Origin: Chiloscyllium plagiosum
Lineage: Eukaryota
Reading direction: 5' to 3'
DNA: 64,000 bases
Assembly: GCF_004010195.1 (NCBI RefSeq)
Contig: NC_057719.1
Span: 50,581,008-50,645,007 of the forward strand
Shown: positions 12,915-25,360 of the stretch, in pieces
How positions within the stretch are numbered: position 1 is the first letter of the stretch
How the letters are laid out: every line of letters starts with the position of its first letter
Translations under genes and position numbers: made by a program
The notes under the pieces: generated by a model
Databases searched by the model: none
Told to the model about the DNA's origin: nothing
Seen by the model: only the letters and a program-made list of their open reading frames with translations

Positions 12915-13180
12915 TTCACCACTGGGGGACATTGTTGTTTCACCTTCATGTAATGCATTCTGGGAAAGATAATTAATTGTAACCAGCTTGTGTCCTGTAG
13001 CTGTGCTATAAAAGTTTCCAGAGACTTTGGCTCATAAACAAAACACATATTTACTTCTTTATGAGCCAGAATTCTCTGGGAAGTTTTATAGCAATGCTAC
13101 AGGACACAAGCAAGCTGGATTGCAACCAACCCAGAATGCTTTGCATGAACAAGAAATTATGATCTCTTCCTGGTAGTGAG
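12915..13180. repeat. Imperfect inverted repeat (~270 bp hairpin)
   Basis: Pairs: TGGCTCATAAA 13028-13038 with 13058-13068; CTTGTGTCCTGTAGC 12987-13001 with 13096-13110; GCATTCTGGG 12955-12964 with 13130-13139. Confidence 0.85.
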
Positions 13181-14229
13181 AAAAAACAGTATGTATTAAA
13201 ACAGTAAGTTCAGATGATAGACATTTGTTAAAATATGCATGACTTTGTCCTTTTTTTTAGAAAAAGGCATCAACAGAAATTGCTGGAGAATTTCAGTAGG
13301 TCTGGATTTTGTCCCAACAATTTTATTTTTGTTTCAGATCTTTGGTATCCCCAGTTCTTTGTTTTCTTTTTTAAAAACATGCTCATTAAAGGTTTATATA
13401 AGCATAATATATCCAAATACATGTTATGTTTTAAATGGCTTATTGATTTCGAAGGAGAGAGATTTTGATTCTCCTGCTCTAACAGCTGTGAACTCCAGCA
13501 AGCTATAATCGGTCATATTTTTAACATTTCTTGTACAATGCTGATTCCTATATCATGTGCTGCCTTTTAAATAATCTTTAATTTTTATTTCTGTTAGCTA
13601 TTGTGAGAGTAAACCTTCAGTATAGAAAGCTGGATTTTGCTTTGGTTTTGTGAATCATTGACCAGTACACACTAAGTTTCAAAGAAGAAAGGTTTAATAT
13701 ATCAAATTTTTTTTACTACTTTACAAAAATGCTTTAGCATGACTCTGGGTTTGCTTTGTCAATTTGCATTGTATTTTGTATGACCTGCATTGAGCCATAA
13801 AATGCAAGGTCTTACAATTAAATAGGATGTTACTGGAAGTAATTATATCGTATGGGGGAAAATACATTTAAGTTTGACTTAGTCACAACTAGCAATGTAA
13901 AGCAGCTCAATACGTTGGTAAAGGCATAGGATAGGCGAAAGAAGTGGTTAGTTTCTGTGACTAAAGTTTTTGTAGGAAAAACACTTCAATAATCACAGGT
14001 GTTATGTATTTGAAAATGTGGAAGATATTTTAGTTCTTATCCATTGCTGTAGTACAAAACAAACATTTGTAAAGGGAGAAGGTACAATGTACATATGGTT
14101 AAATCAATCTTGATATGAAAATGTGTTGCGTTCAGTACCTAATTATGTACGGCACTAAGGAAATTGATTTTACCGCCATAGAAACTCCTTTTTGGACTAC
14201 CATTGGGTTACTGAAGTTACTGAACAACA

Positions 14230-14435
14230 GGCAGAGGGTGGTGAGAGTATAGAATGAGCTGCTCGAGGAAATGGTGGAGGCTGGCATAATTACAACTTTT
14301 AACAGGCATCTGGATGGATATATGAATTGGAAAGGTTTAGAGCAAATTGGACTAGATTCATTTGGAATATCTGGTGGGCATGAACAAGTTGAACCGAGGG
14401 GGTCTGTTTCAATGCTGTGCAGTTCTATGACTCTG
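14230..14435 (+). mobile_element. CR1/HER1 LINE 3' end
   Basis: gcagagggtggtgagagtatagaatgagctg...ggcatctggatggatatatgaat...ctatgactct tail. Confidence 0.8.
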
Positions 14436-17400
14436 GTGATTGTACATTTTCTGTTTATGTGCACTGAACAAATGTAAAAGAAGACGTTCTGTGCAGAAGA
14501 AAACAGTTTATGTATAGAATTATTTAGACACTTGGCAAACCTTTTGAAGCAAAAAAGTTTTCATGAACTGGAGTTTAATAGATAAGTTATCTTGACAGCA
14601 GCTGTAATGCTTGTGATATGCAGGCTAGACTTACAGACATGCCAACAAAGTGTTATTTTTGATGTGGCCAACACATATTGAGTGCTCCCTGATTTTAAAA
14701 GAATTTAATTTGTTTTTTTTAAACTAATGCTTAGTCCAAAATCTGGAATACATTAACAGTATTGAACACAGTCTTGGATGGAATTTGACACATTCTGATT
14801 TGGCAGGTATTCAAGTGAAGTTACTTGATTCATTTTTAAGGTGTTACTTTTTAAATGTGAGATTTTAACATAAAATAACACATATTGTACAAATTTTATA
14901 GATGCTGGTCATCTTAATACTGGTCTTCAGCTTATTTGTTCATCGATAATTGTCCTGTACACTGTTTTACGTTTGTTAAAGGAATTTATAAAACAAAATA
15001 AAATTCAGCAGGAGTGTAGTTCCTGTGCACTCTAAGGTGTTTCTATCTTTCAAAATATGCACACATTCTCTTGCAAAACATATTTTATGATTCAAATTCT
15101 CTAACTATTGTAAGTTTCTTGTATAGATTGTGCAACTTGTGGCTTGGGAATGGCTAAGCTTTGGTAGATCGGGAAATAGACTACAAAGAAGTCTTGAGGC
15201 TCTGTTTATTTGCATTTGGTTTCTTGCCAATCTGGAACTTTGTTTTGATGCTACAGGTTCAACTTGATAATATTGTTGTCAATAACTGAAGTGTTTTTGC
15301 CATGAGTTGAATGGCATTTTAAGCACAGACCTATCCTGAAGTTGCTGGCTCTTTTTACTTTATAGTGTAAATGTATGAAGAAGCCCCAAATATTTAATGG
15401 AAACAGCCCAACAGAGTAAAACATTCCATTTTCAAATTTATATGAAGTGAACATTATGCAAGATCTGAGAAATTGATACTTGAGTAAATAATGTCCGAAC
15501 AAACAAAAGTGCTCTTGGCACTCTTTAAGAAAGGGTTCCCATTTAACTAATGACATCTACAATAAAAATGGCCAGTGAAGAATCTTGCTTGAAAATAAAA
15601 TAAATATTCATGTATTCCTACATCACATTGTTTCTGGTTGAGAACTTGTTCTCCTGGTATCCAGTGTCACTTCATATCCATCAGTTACTAAGTGCAGAAG
15701 ACTTATTTTCCTTTTATAGGTTCTTCCAAGTTTGTAAAATATATAATCTTATATGTACTCAATATATTTATTGAGCTCTTTGTGACAGCTGTATGCAGCC
15801 ATCCTGTTGTAATCCCTGCTGTGAATAAGATTCACTTCTTGCAGTGGACTCTATCTCTACATTATGGAGCATTTAAGAATAAGGAAACTCTGGAAGTAAG
15901 CCAGTTTATTTCTGGTTTGCTAACTGTCTCCATCTGTGTGTCTAGCTTTATTGAAGCCTTTGGCAGACTTTACAAGGTGGCATATCTGGATCAATCGTAT
16001 ATTGTGCATTGAAAATTTGAATCATTTTGATATTTTCAGTAGTAAAATTAGTTGTATCATAGGTATCCTAATACTTATTTATGCTGTACCAATGTTTACT
16101 GTCAACTAATCTCAAGGATCTAATTGCAATATGGAATAAAGAGAAGCATTCTAGAGTAAGCAGGATTTTAATGAGCGAGATTTTGCACTAATAGATTTTT
16201 TTGCCTGAATTAAACCTAGTTAAAATAGGTTGCTTTCTACTTCTAATTTGACTTCATTTCAAGTTGAGTATTAAGACAAATATTTCCAAAATATTTTGAC
16301 AATTTTTGAACTTGACTTTCTAATCTGTGGAATGCTGAAAACTGGAGTGGGACTTTTTGTAGTTTTTCTTTTGACCAGATGATGAAATGGTGCTCAGACA
16401 TGAAGGTGTTTTCAAATGTGCTCTCATTTCAGTTGTTAGCTAGTCATTTTTTGCATTTATAGGCTGATTAAAACACATTGGGTGTTTCTACAATTTGTGA
16501 AATATTTACTTAGTGTTTGTATATAATGTTTTTATTTTTCAATGCTGTCTCTTGTTCTCTTGCTGAATAAGTATTTTTATATGGATAGGCCTAAGTGTAT
16601 ATGCAGATATATTCGTGGATCTTGGTGCAAGTTATCCATACTAATGGAAATCCTTCTATGTGATTGAAGGACTGAGTGAACAATCAAGAATTGTGGACAC
16701 ACACAATTAACTGTGTTTGACTGGTCACTGGACTAGACTGACATGTGATGTAGCCTTCATTCCCAGTGGTGTTTTTGAAGGAAAAGTTGTTATTGCTGCA
16801 TGTTACGTGTGCTACTGCAACTCAGAGAAACAGTCCTCTACTGCCATACAACTCCCTCCATTGCACAAAGATGAATTGTTTCTCAATTCCTGTATTGTAC
16901 AGTAATTTGAAAATGTGCAAACTGATCTATTCAAAGATTTTTTTTCTCGGGGCTGTTGCAATCAAGATTACCATTAATATAAGCCTGATCTCATGTACTG
17001 TATGAATGATGTTGGTAATAAGAATTCTAAATGATTTTAAGTATTTAGGTATTGGAGATAAATAGTTTCTAACTGGGGCTTAGAAATTTCCAGTGAAAAT
17101 TGCACATTTTACTTCAATTTAAAAGAACACTTCCATTTGATAGTTGCTTGATTTGAAGCTCTCAACCTTTTGTTACATTTTGGCAGGTAGAGTTTCACTG
17201 CTGCAAAAATAATTTCTGAAAATACATCTGAATGTTTGAATTTACATAAATCTTGTGCACTGATAGTCATTTTAAAAACAAAATTACTTGGGGAAATCTT
17301 GCATTAATATAATTTTGGTCCTTTTTTGAACATTTATTTTTACTGAAATATTTATAAAGCAAGCACTTGGCATAATTTCTTCTGTGTTTGTACTTTTTTT

Positions 17401-19744
17401 ATGACTGTGGATTAAATCATTTCAAGGAATTGCATCTTCATGTGTAAAATGTGAATTGCTGTAAAATAGAAATAACAATCCCAATTAATTGTGGGGAAAC
17501 AAAAGTGAAAAATTGTTAACTGCACAAACACTTTCCAAATAGAACAACTGTCTAATGTAAAGATGTATTTTATGTTTGAATTGTAAATTATTTATAATTC
17601 AAATATTTATGAACCAAAATTATATGGTCTATCCAAGTGCCACAAATCCAGTGATGAGAGTAGTTCACAACCATTTCAGAGCAGTATGGATTTGGTTATT
17701 TGCACAAGCAAAACAGAGAAAGCTGTTTATTTGAATTCAAAGTTGGCCTCAAGTTAAAACCTTTAAAGTGGATGTGTTATCCAATTGAAAATATTATTCA
17801 CAAATTATTTCATTGTTAATTGACTCTTCTGAGATTTGCAAGCCTGCATAGCGACAGGAGAGAAACCAAATAGCAACTCCTTTGTGACTGTTATGCTGCA
17901 AAGACTAATTCTGTCGTGGCTTTATTTTTAGCTACTCTATATTCTGGCAGCTGTTGTGCTTCTCATTTAAGTAGGCTTTTATTACTGTGGCATGTGAGTA
18001 GAATGCTGCACAGTCTAAGAAATTGATTATTCTACAGAATGATGCAGTGAAGCTTTGAGTGCAGGATGGTTGAGTGTTGAATTTCAAAGATGGCTTTGCT
18101 GAATTGGCACACAGATTTAATGGCTGACCCTCCCCTGCTATTTTGTTTCTGTTGACACTAAATATATTGTGTGGCAGTTGCAACTGGCTAGCTGGTTGAC
18201 AGAAAGGAATACTGTTACATTTGTTCAAGAGTTGAGTAATACTTGCAGTTGTACAACACTTTTTTTGAATGCTCTCTTGCATTTATAAATACTGAACTAA
18301 ACTTGTATCATGTTATAAGGATTGGTACTGGGTTTAAGTAGGCTATTGCGTATTATGGGAAATAATGGTAGTGTGATAAAATAGTGATGATCTGCACTTG
18401 CTACTGTGCTCCTTAATGTTAGAACTGGGATTAACTAATTATTAAGATTATCATTTGTTCAATGAAAATAATACATGAAAATGCATGGCCATGATTGTTT
18501 TTGCTGGATCTCAACTTGAGATAGAGCACCAGTTTAAAAATACCAGTGCATTTCTGCTGTATCATAGACCAGCTGGGAATCTAATCTGGGAAAGTGTGAT
18601 TTCATTCCCTTGGGGCTAGTACATGGGAAACAGACTTCTTCAGAGCTTTCATTTCAAATGCCCTGTCTTAAAATTTTCTAAATTTAGCAGCCACCATTGA
18701 CTTGGCGTACTTTTGCAAAAGTGATTTCTATAAATTAAATCACTTTTCATAATTTATTCATTTTAAAAAGAGAATTTAATGGCAAAAGGATCTGCATATC
18801 TTTTATTGTTGCCATTTCAGAATAGTCTGAGTTATTTAACTTTTTTCTAAGCGTTATATTGATTTACATTGTTGTAGTTGTACACTGTTTTTTGAGTTTG
18901 CAGAAATACATACTGTCTGTTGCCATGCTTTTGAATAACCTTTCATGCATCAGAATTGTAGATTGTGTTACGTAAAAACAAAGGAATAAGATGAAAACAC
19001 ACTGTGGTAAATCAGTCCAGTATAATTGTTACATTGGCTTGCATGGTCTGATCTTAAACCCTTTGCTTGAATAAAGTCTTAGTATGTTTTTTGGGTAGCT
19101 ATATCTATGTTTAATTGTATAAATTACCAATACAGCATTATTTAATCTAAATAACTTGCATTAATTTTGATCATGGTTTTTAAGAATGGAACAGCTAACA
19201 CAGTTCACTGTTTATTATGGAGTAAATCATACTGCTGAAGTACATACCTGCTCAGTGAAACATGAAACTCTTTACATTGCAATCTGTGCCACTCAGCTGT
19301 CTTACTGATTGGATACTCAGAATTGAAGTCCATATAAAGAAATGATGTTGTGGTACTTACCAATTAGTTATTCAATAAATACTGAAAAATTAGGCCTATG
19401 CATTAAGGTAAAAGGGAATTTTTAATGGTGTGATAAGTAACAATTACTCCCAAAAGTAATTTCAGTGATGATGAAAATTTATTGTTACAAATGAGTTTCA
19501 TAATTTTCATGTTGAATATTTTTCAGCTTTACTTATTTCCATCTCTCTCATTCCCCTCTTTATTTTGCTTTCTGTATGCAACTTAAATCCAATTGTATTT
19601 CCTGACTTAGACTCTGGTGAAAGTTTAACTCACTCACAATCAATCCGCTTAGACATTGTTAAAATCAAACCTCATCTTTCACTGGTGATTCTTCAGTCTT
19701 CTTGAAAAGCCTCACTTATAATTTTTTTCTATGTACAAACAGTG

Positions 19745-21900
19745 CAAGCAAAGAGCAAGAGTGGGCCACACAGCCCTTTTAGCCTGTTCGGCTATTTAGT
19801 AAGATCATGGCTTGTCTGATTTTAACCTCAACTCTGTCGTCTTGCTTATCTCTTATAATTTTCCATCCTTTTTAGTATTCAAGAATCTATCTACCTGTTT
19901 CTCAAAAATATTTAGAGATTCTGCATCCATTGCCTTTTGAGGAATGGAATTCCAAAGGCATTCAACCATCTGAGACAGAAAAAAGCCCCTCCTCTCTGCC
20001 TAAATGGATAACTCCTACCCCGGTTCTAAATTCTACCATTAAAGGAAATATCCTTTCAACATCTGTGCAGTCAATCCCCTCAGGGTCTTATGTTTTTTTC
20101 AATCACGTCTGACTCTTCTAAATGCCACAGGATATGAATGAAGGAATGATTTTATTGTCACATGTATTTTATGGTACGAGATAGAAATAGTGGAAAGGAA
20201 TCATTTGTTAATTGTTTTAAGAATAAGAGGAACATGAATAGGTATAGCTTAGAGTGAAGTCCATCTACATTCGGAGCTGGCTCAACTGTCCCCACCACCA
20301 CCTGCCACCATGTATGCCAGACCCAACTAGACCTAGTCTGTCTAGCCTTGTTTTTCAGAAGGCAATCCACTAATTGTAGGTTTTACTCTAGTAAATCTTC
20401 TCTGAACTACTCACTTACCTAACCCATTAGTATACTTTGATAAGTATGGTGACAGATCTGTACATAGTCACCCAGATGCAGTGTCATCAATGCCTTGTCT
20501 AATTGAAGCATAATTTCCTTATTCTTGCATTCAATTGCCCTTGTAATAAACCATAACATTATATTTCTGGATTACTTACTGCACCTGCAAACCAACCTTC
20601 TGTGACTCATGCAGTAGGACATCCAGATTTCTCTGCATCTCAGAACTCTGAAACCTGTCACTGTTTAGATAATATGCTATTTTTAATTCTTTCTGCCAAA
20701 AATGGACAATTTCACACTTGTCCACATTATACTCAATTTGCCAAATCTTTGTCCTTTGACTTTGTCGACTCCTTTATGACTTCTCAACTTACTTTCCTAT
20801 CTTTGTCATCAGCAAATTTAGCTATTATACCCTCAGTCCCATCTTCAAAATCATTTCTATAAATTGTAAAGAGTTGAGGACCCAGCACTGACTCCAGTGA
20901 CACACCGTTCGTGGCACCCTTGCCAGCAGGAAAAAGACCATCTTACTCCTGCTCTTACAGTTAGCAAGTCAAGCTCCTATCCATACTAATATGACGCTCT
21001 GTAGATGTTGCTGCCTATACCATGACCGTTTATTTTCTGCAATAACCTTTGTGACACCTTATCAATACCTTCTGAAAATATATAAATACAATACATCTGT
21101 TTGTTCCCCTTTATCCACAAGACGCTGGTTCGGCCACTTGTGGAATATTGCATGTAGTTCTGGTCTCCCTCCTGTAGGAAGGATGTTGTGAAACGTGAAA
21201 GGGTTCAGAAAAGATTTACAAAGATGTTGCCAGGGTTGGAGGATTGAGCTATAGGGAGGAATTGAATAGGCTGGGCTGTTTTCCCTGGAGCATCGGAAGC
21301 TGAGGGATGACCTTATAGAGGTTCATAAAATCATGAGGGGCATGTGTCGGATAAATAGACAATGTCTTTTCCCTGGGGTCAGGGAGTCCAGAACTACAGG
21401 GGATAGGTTTAAAGTGGGAGGGGAAATATAAAAAAGAGACCTAAGGCACAACTTTTTCACGCAGAGGGTGATGCGTGTATGGAATGAGCTGCCAGAGGAA
21501 GTGGTGGAGGCTAGTAAAATTGCAACATTTAAAAGGTATCTGGATGGGTATATGAATAGGAAGGGTTTGGAGGGATATGGACCGGGTGCTGGCAAGTAGG
21601 ACTAGATTGGGTTTATTGCAAGGACGAGATTGGGATATCTGGTCGGCATAAACGAGTTGGACTGAAGGGTCTGTTTCTGTGCTGTACATCTCTATGACAA
21701 GCAAATTCTTTAAAGAACAATAATTAGTTTAGCATGCTAAGAGCATGTTGGCTCTGCCTAATTATTTTGAACTTAACTAGGTGCCCTGTAGTAACATCAT
21801 TAATAGCTTCTAGTATTTTCTCTATAACAAATGTTAGGCTGCCTGGCCTATATAGTATCCTTCTTTCTGCCTCCATCCCTTTTTGATTAATCAGAGTTAC
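19745..21900 (-). mobile_element. Old, degenerate CR1-type LINE interrupted by younger insertions
   Basis: Minus-strand RT remnants (gtcatcagcaaattt = KFADD; ggacccagcactgactccagtgacacacc = GV..xSVLGP) on both sides of the 21122-21698 insert. Confidence 0.7.
21122..21698 (+). mobile_element. Younger 5'-truncated CR1/HER1 LINE nested in an older LINE
   Basis: LVRP.LEY/ERVQKRFTKMLPGL-type coding remnant ending in a catctctatgac tail; ACAAG on both sides (21117-21121, 21697-21701). Confidence 0.85.
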
Positions 21901-24487
21901 ATTAGGTTCCCCAAATTACATTGCTCTCACATGTGGAGGGTGCTGTTCTAGATCAGCTGTCTGCTCATTAACCTTAAGAAATCTTAAGCGAACTGTCAAT
22001 GAAGTGAACAGTGAGTACAGTTCCTTTGGCCCACATTTTGCAGTCAGGAACAATGTAAGTGTAGAATTGAAAATGTTCGTTTACACCTTGAGTAACAGCT
22101 AGATAAAACCCAACGTTAATTACATCAAACATAAGTATAGTGTGTTAATTCATTTCTATGTGTTGTATTAATGGAGTGAGAAACAAAAGAAAACAGACAA
22201 CTTGTTTCATTGATGATATCTTTCAGATCACAAAACTTTAAGTGTACAGCAACTGACCGGAGTCATTTACTTCGCCTGCAATCTTGGTCCTGATATTTAT
22301 TTTACATTTATGAAATTATTTTTATTTCAGATAACTGATGATACTCCTCCAAGCAGGTAGATCTTGAATGTGGATTTTCTGGTCGGGAGTGAGGGAGACT
22401 AGCACTGCATGCCAAGGACCTGCACAATCATGTCCTACTTAACTGCAGCCGATTATCACTTATTATCTTGTTCAGCTTGTCTGTCCTCAGCCTTGATGCA
22501 ACTTTGCCCCACCCACTCCTGTGGTCTGCTCTCATTTGACCTAACACAGTTTCCTTATTGCTCTTTAAATAATTTCTCATTCTGTGCTCTCTCAGTCACT
22601 GTCAAAGACAATTTCATCCACTGTAAGGAAGGGTCTGTGACTGGGGCTGAGGAGCATGACCCCTGCCAGATAATCACACATATAAATCCTCAGCTTAGTT
22701 AATAACCAGTTTCCTCTGCCTTTGTTGGTTCAAGTTTGACAAGTTCTAGCTTCAGATTCTGAATGAGCATCATTTATATCAGTAACTTGCAGTACAACAG
22801 GAATTCTCTCACAAATTTTGGTATCGTATCACATTATTAGCTGGCTCAAAGAGGAAGTGCAATATCAGGCAGCTACAATTGTCCATTACAGATGTTCAAA
22901 CATACATAAATTAGTATTGCATTTAGTTGCATGCATTCCAGAGGTTTCTTTTTTGCAGTGTTTAAATGGTCCTCATTTTCTGTCACCAATCCATTTTGGT
23001 TCCATGTTATGCACAAGCAGAAAACCAAAAAAGAAGCTGACTACAAATTGTTGTATGTGTACTGCTATCTGGGGTATTAGCAGCCATTTTCGGGAAATAC
23101 TGTAAATATTTCTATTTGAAAATTGTTTATGTAGGTCAGTTTGTGCAATTGGTTGAAAAAATGTTTTGAGTGTAGATTGTCAAAAGATGATGCTTGAAAT
23201 TTAAAGTAGCAAGGGGTCTCAGTATGTGAATTGAAGTTCTAACATCACAAAAATTAGTATTCAATGAGCTCACATAGTGAATGTTCATTGAGGGAGCTTG
23301 GCTTGAGGCCAAGGACACAGAAGATGGTGAATTTCATTTGCTTTTCCAGTCAGGAAAATCAAAGAATGTTTGTCATTTGGGTAGGCATTGTATTTTAAAA
23401 TTTTTACCTTCTTAAATGTTGATTTTCATTACCCCGCCAACCAAAAAAAACCAAGTAACCAAAGAGCTAATTTTCCCACATGCTTCATTAATGAAACCTT
23501 ATTTATTCCACAGTAAGACAAAGAGCAACATCAAGAAGCAAAAAAAAATTCAGTTAGCAATTGTGCTACAATAAAAGGAAAAATAATTGCTTGAAATTCA
23601 AATAAAATTTGCCCATACCACCCCACACACAGAAAGTATGGCAATTTCTTGTTTTCACCTGAGATTGCTGCCTGAATTAAGTATTCAAAATTCAAGTAAG
23701 AGTAGCACAAAATGACTGTTAATAGAAGTGTTGTGATAGAAAAGAACCAAATGCAAAGTGTGAATCCCAGTTTCAAATCTGATGGTACATTTTATTCTTG
23801 ATAATTTTAGGTGAAAGCCCTGGAATATCAGCCTTGTTTAGTGAATTAACACCATGAAATTAAACATAGTTCTGTATTTTTGCCATGAAGGATGATAATA
23901 TATCCAACAATAAAAAATTGTGAAAAAGGCTTTCAATTTCATAGTTTGAGGGTATGCTTATGTTTTTAATACGTAATAAACAGGTACACAATCAGGATAA
24001 AAAATTCAAAACCAAATCCTAACTAGAGAAGCATATTTTGGAGCAGACAGAAATATGTGTATATTTTTTAAGTAATGTCTTTAACTGATAATTTTTGCTG
24101 GGCTGCAGGATTGAATAAATAGCCTGTGTAATTTATCAATTGGTTTTTTTTGTTTCTATAAATCCTGATCAATCTGCAGCATTTTTCACAGATGGGTTAG
24201 TTATGTTTGAGGATTCAGCCTTGTTTAAACAGGATCCTAATTAAGCAGTTTTAAACAGGATCTTAATTAAGGAGGCAATTAATGCAAAAGCTGTCAGGAA
24301 TGCTGTACAAAATATAATGATGAGGCCCAGATTTCTCTCACTTCCTTCATTCCTTTTCCATCACAGACCACCACAGCCCATTTCTTAACCCTGTCATTGG
24401 TTAGACTTCAAACGAACTAAAACAGCTCCGTGGAAAATAGTTTTCACGTAAACAAGTCAAGGAAGCTCTCTAAAGAGGCCTAATGAA

Positions 24488-24620
24488 GCCTCTGATGAAC
24501 TGTCATCAGAATGAAAATGTAACTTTGTTTTCTTCTGACAGTACCAGACCTACTGAGTTTCACCAGCAATTTCTGTTTTTGTTTCAGATCTCCAGTGTTG
24601 GCAGTTCTTTTTGATTTTCA
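24488..24620 (+). mobile_element. Degenerate Penelope-like element 3' UTR fragment
   Basis: tctgatga...gaaa...ccagacctactgagtttcaccagcaatttctgtttttgtttcagatctccag, with the same architecture as the 36431-36520 tail. Confidence 0.6.
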
Positions 24621-25099
24621 GGAAGCTAAATTCCTGCTGTGAAATATGATTTTATTTTCTCATCTGGCTAAAACTGCTAAAACATTAGGTTCATGGATGG
24701 AAATAAGTATATTTTATGAGAAGAACGTTTGGCTTTTTACTTCTCGCACTTGGAGTAATATGACATTTTCCAAAAGTACTTTTTGATTTATTAAGGTCAC
24801 AGAACTATTACCAGCTGAACTGTTGTGGTAATGGTCTCCCCGTTATGGGAAATATTTCTAGTATTGCTGGTGATACAAATATTATTGAACTACAGTTTGG
24901 GCTTCCTTTGAAGTCTTTTTCATTTGTGACTGATTACTTAAAAGTAATTATTGTTATGCTAAGGTAAATTAGATTTCATGTTCACTTTTCAATCTGCTCC
25001 TACTTTATGTAGTTATACCCTGTTTTAACTAGTTGAAATAATGTGGTTTTGTTATCAAATAATTAAAGAGTTAACAAGTACGGCTTGATGTGTTGTAAC

Positions 25100-25360
25100 A
25101 TCAGAGTATACAAGCAGGAGGCTGGAAGAACACAGCAAACCAGGCAGCATCAGGAAGTAGAGAAGTCAATGTTTCAGGTATAACCCTTCTTCAGGAATGG
25201 AGGTAGGGGTAGGGGAGCTGGAGATAAAGTATGGGTTGGGTTTTGGGTGGGAAGAGGGACGAAATGGTGAGGTAGTGATAAGTGGACACAGGTACGACCT
25301 GGTTGGTCGATGGGCAGAATGAATCCAGTTGGTAGCTGGAAGGAAGGGTCAGTAGACATA
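25100..25360 (-). mobile_element. Penelope-like element 3' UTR fragment with hammerhead-like motif
   Basis: gctggaagaacacagcaaaccaggcagcatc resembles 35575-35606; minus strand reads CTGAAGA-AGGGT-TAT-ACCT-GAAACATT over about 25168-25194. Confidence 0.7.

Noticed and set aside
8400..19700. Short ORFs in AT-rich DNA as possible exons of a neighbouring gene
   Set aside because: No coding-like composition, recognisable motifs or consistent splice pattern visible. Small exons cannot be excluded without RNA-seq.
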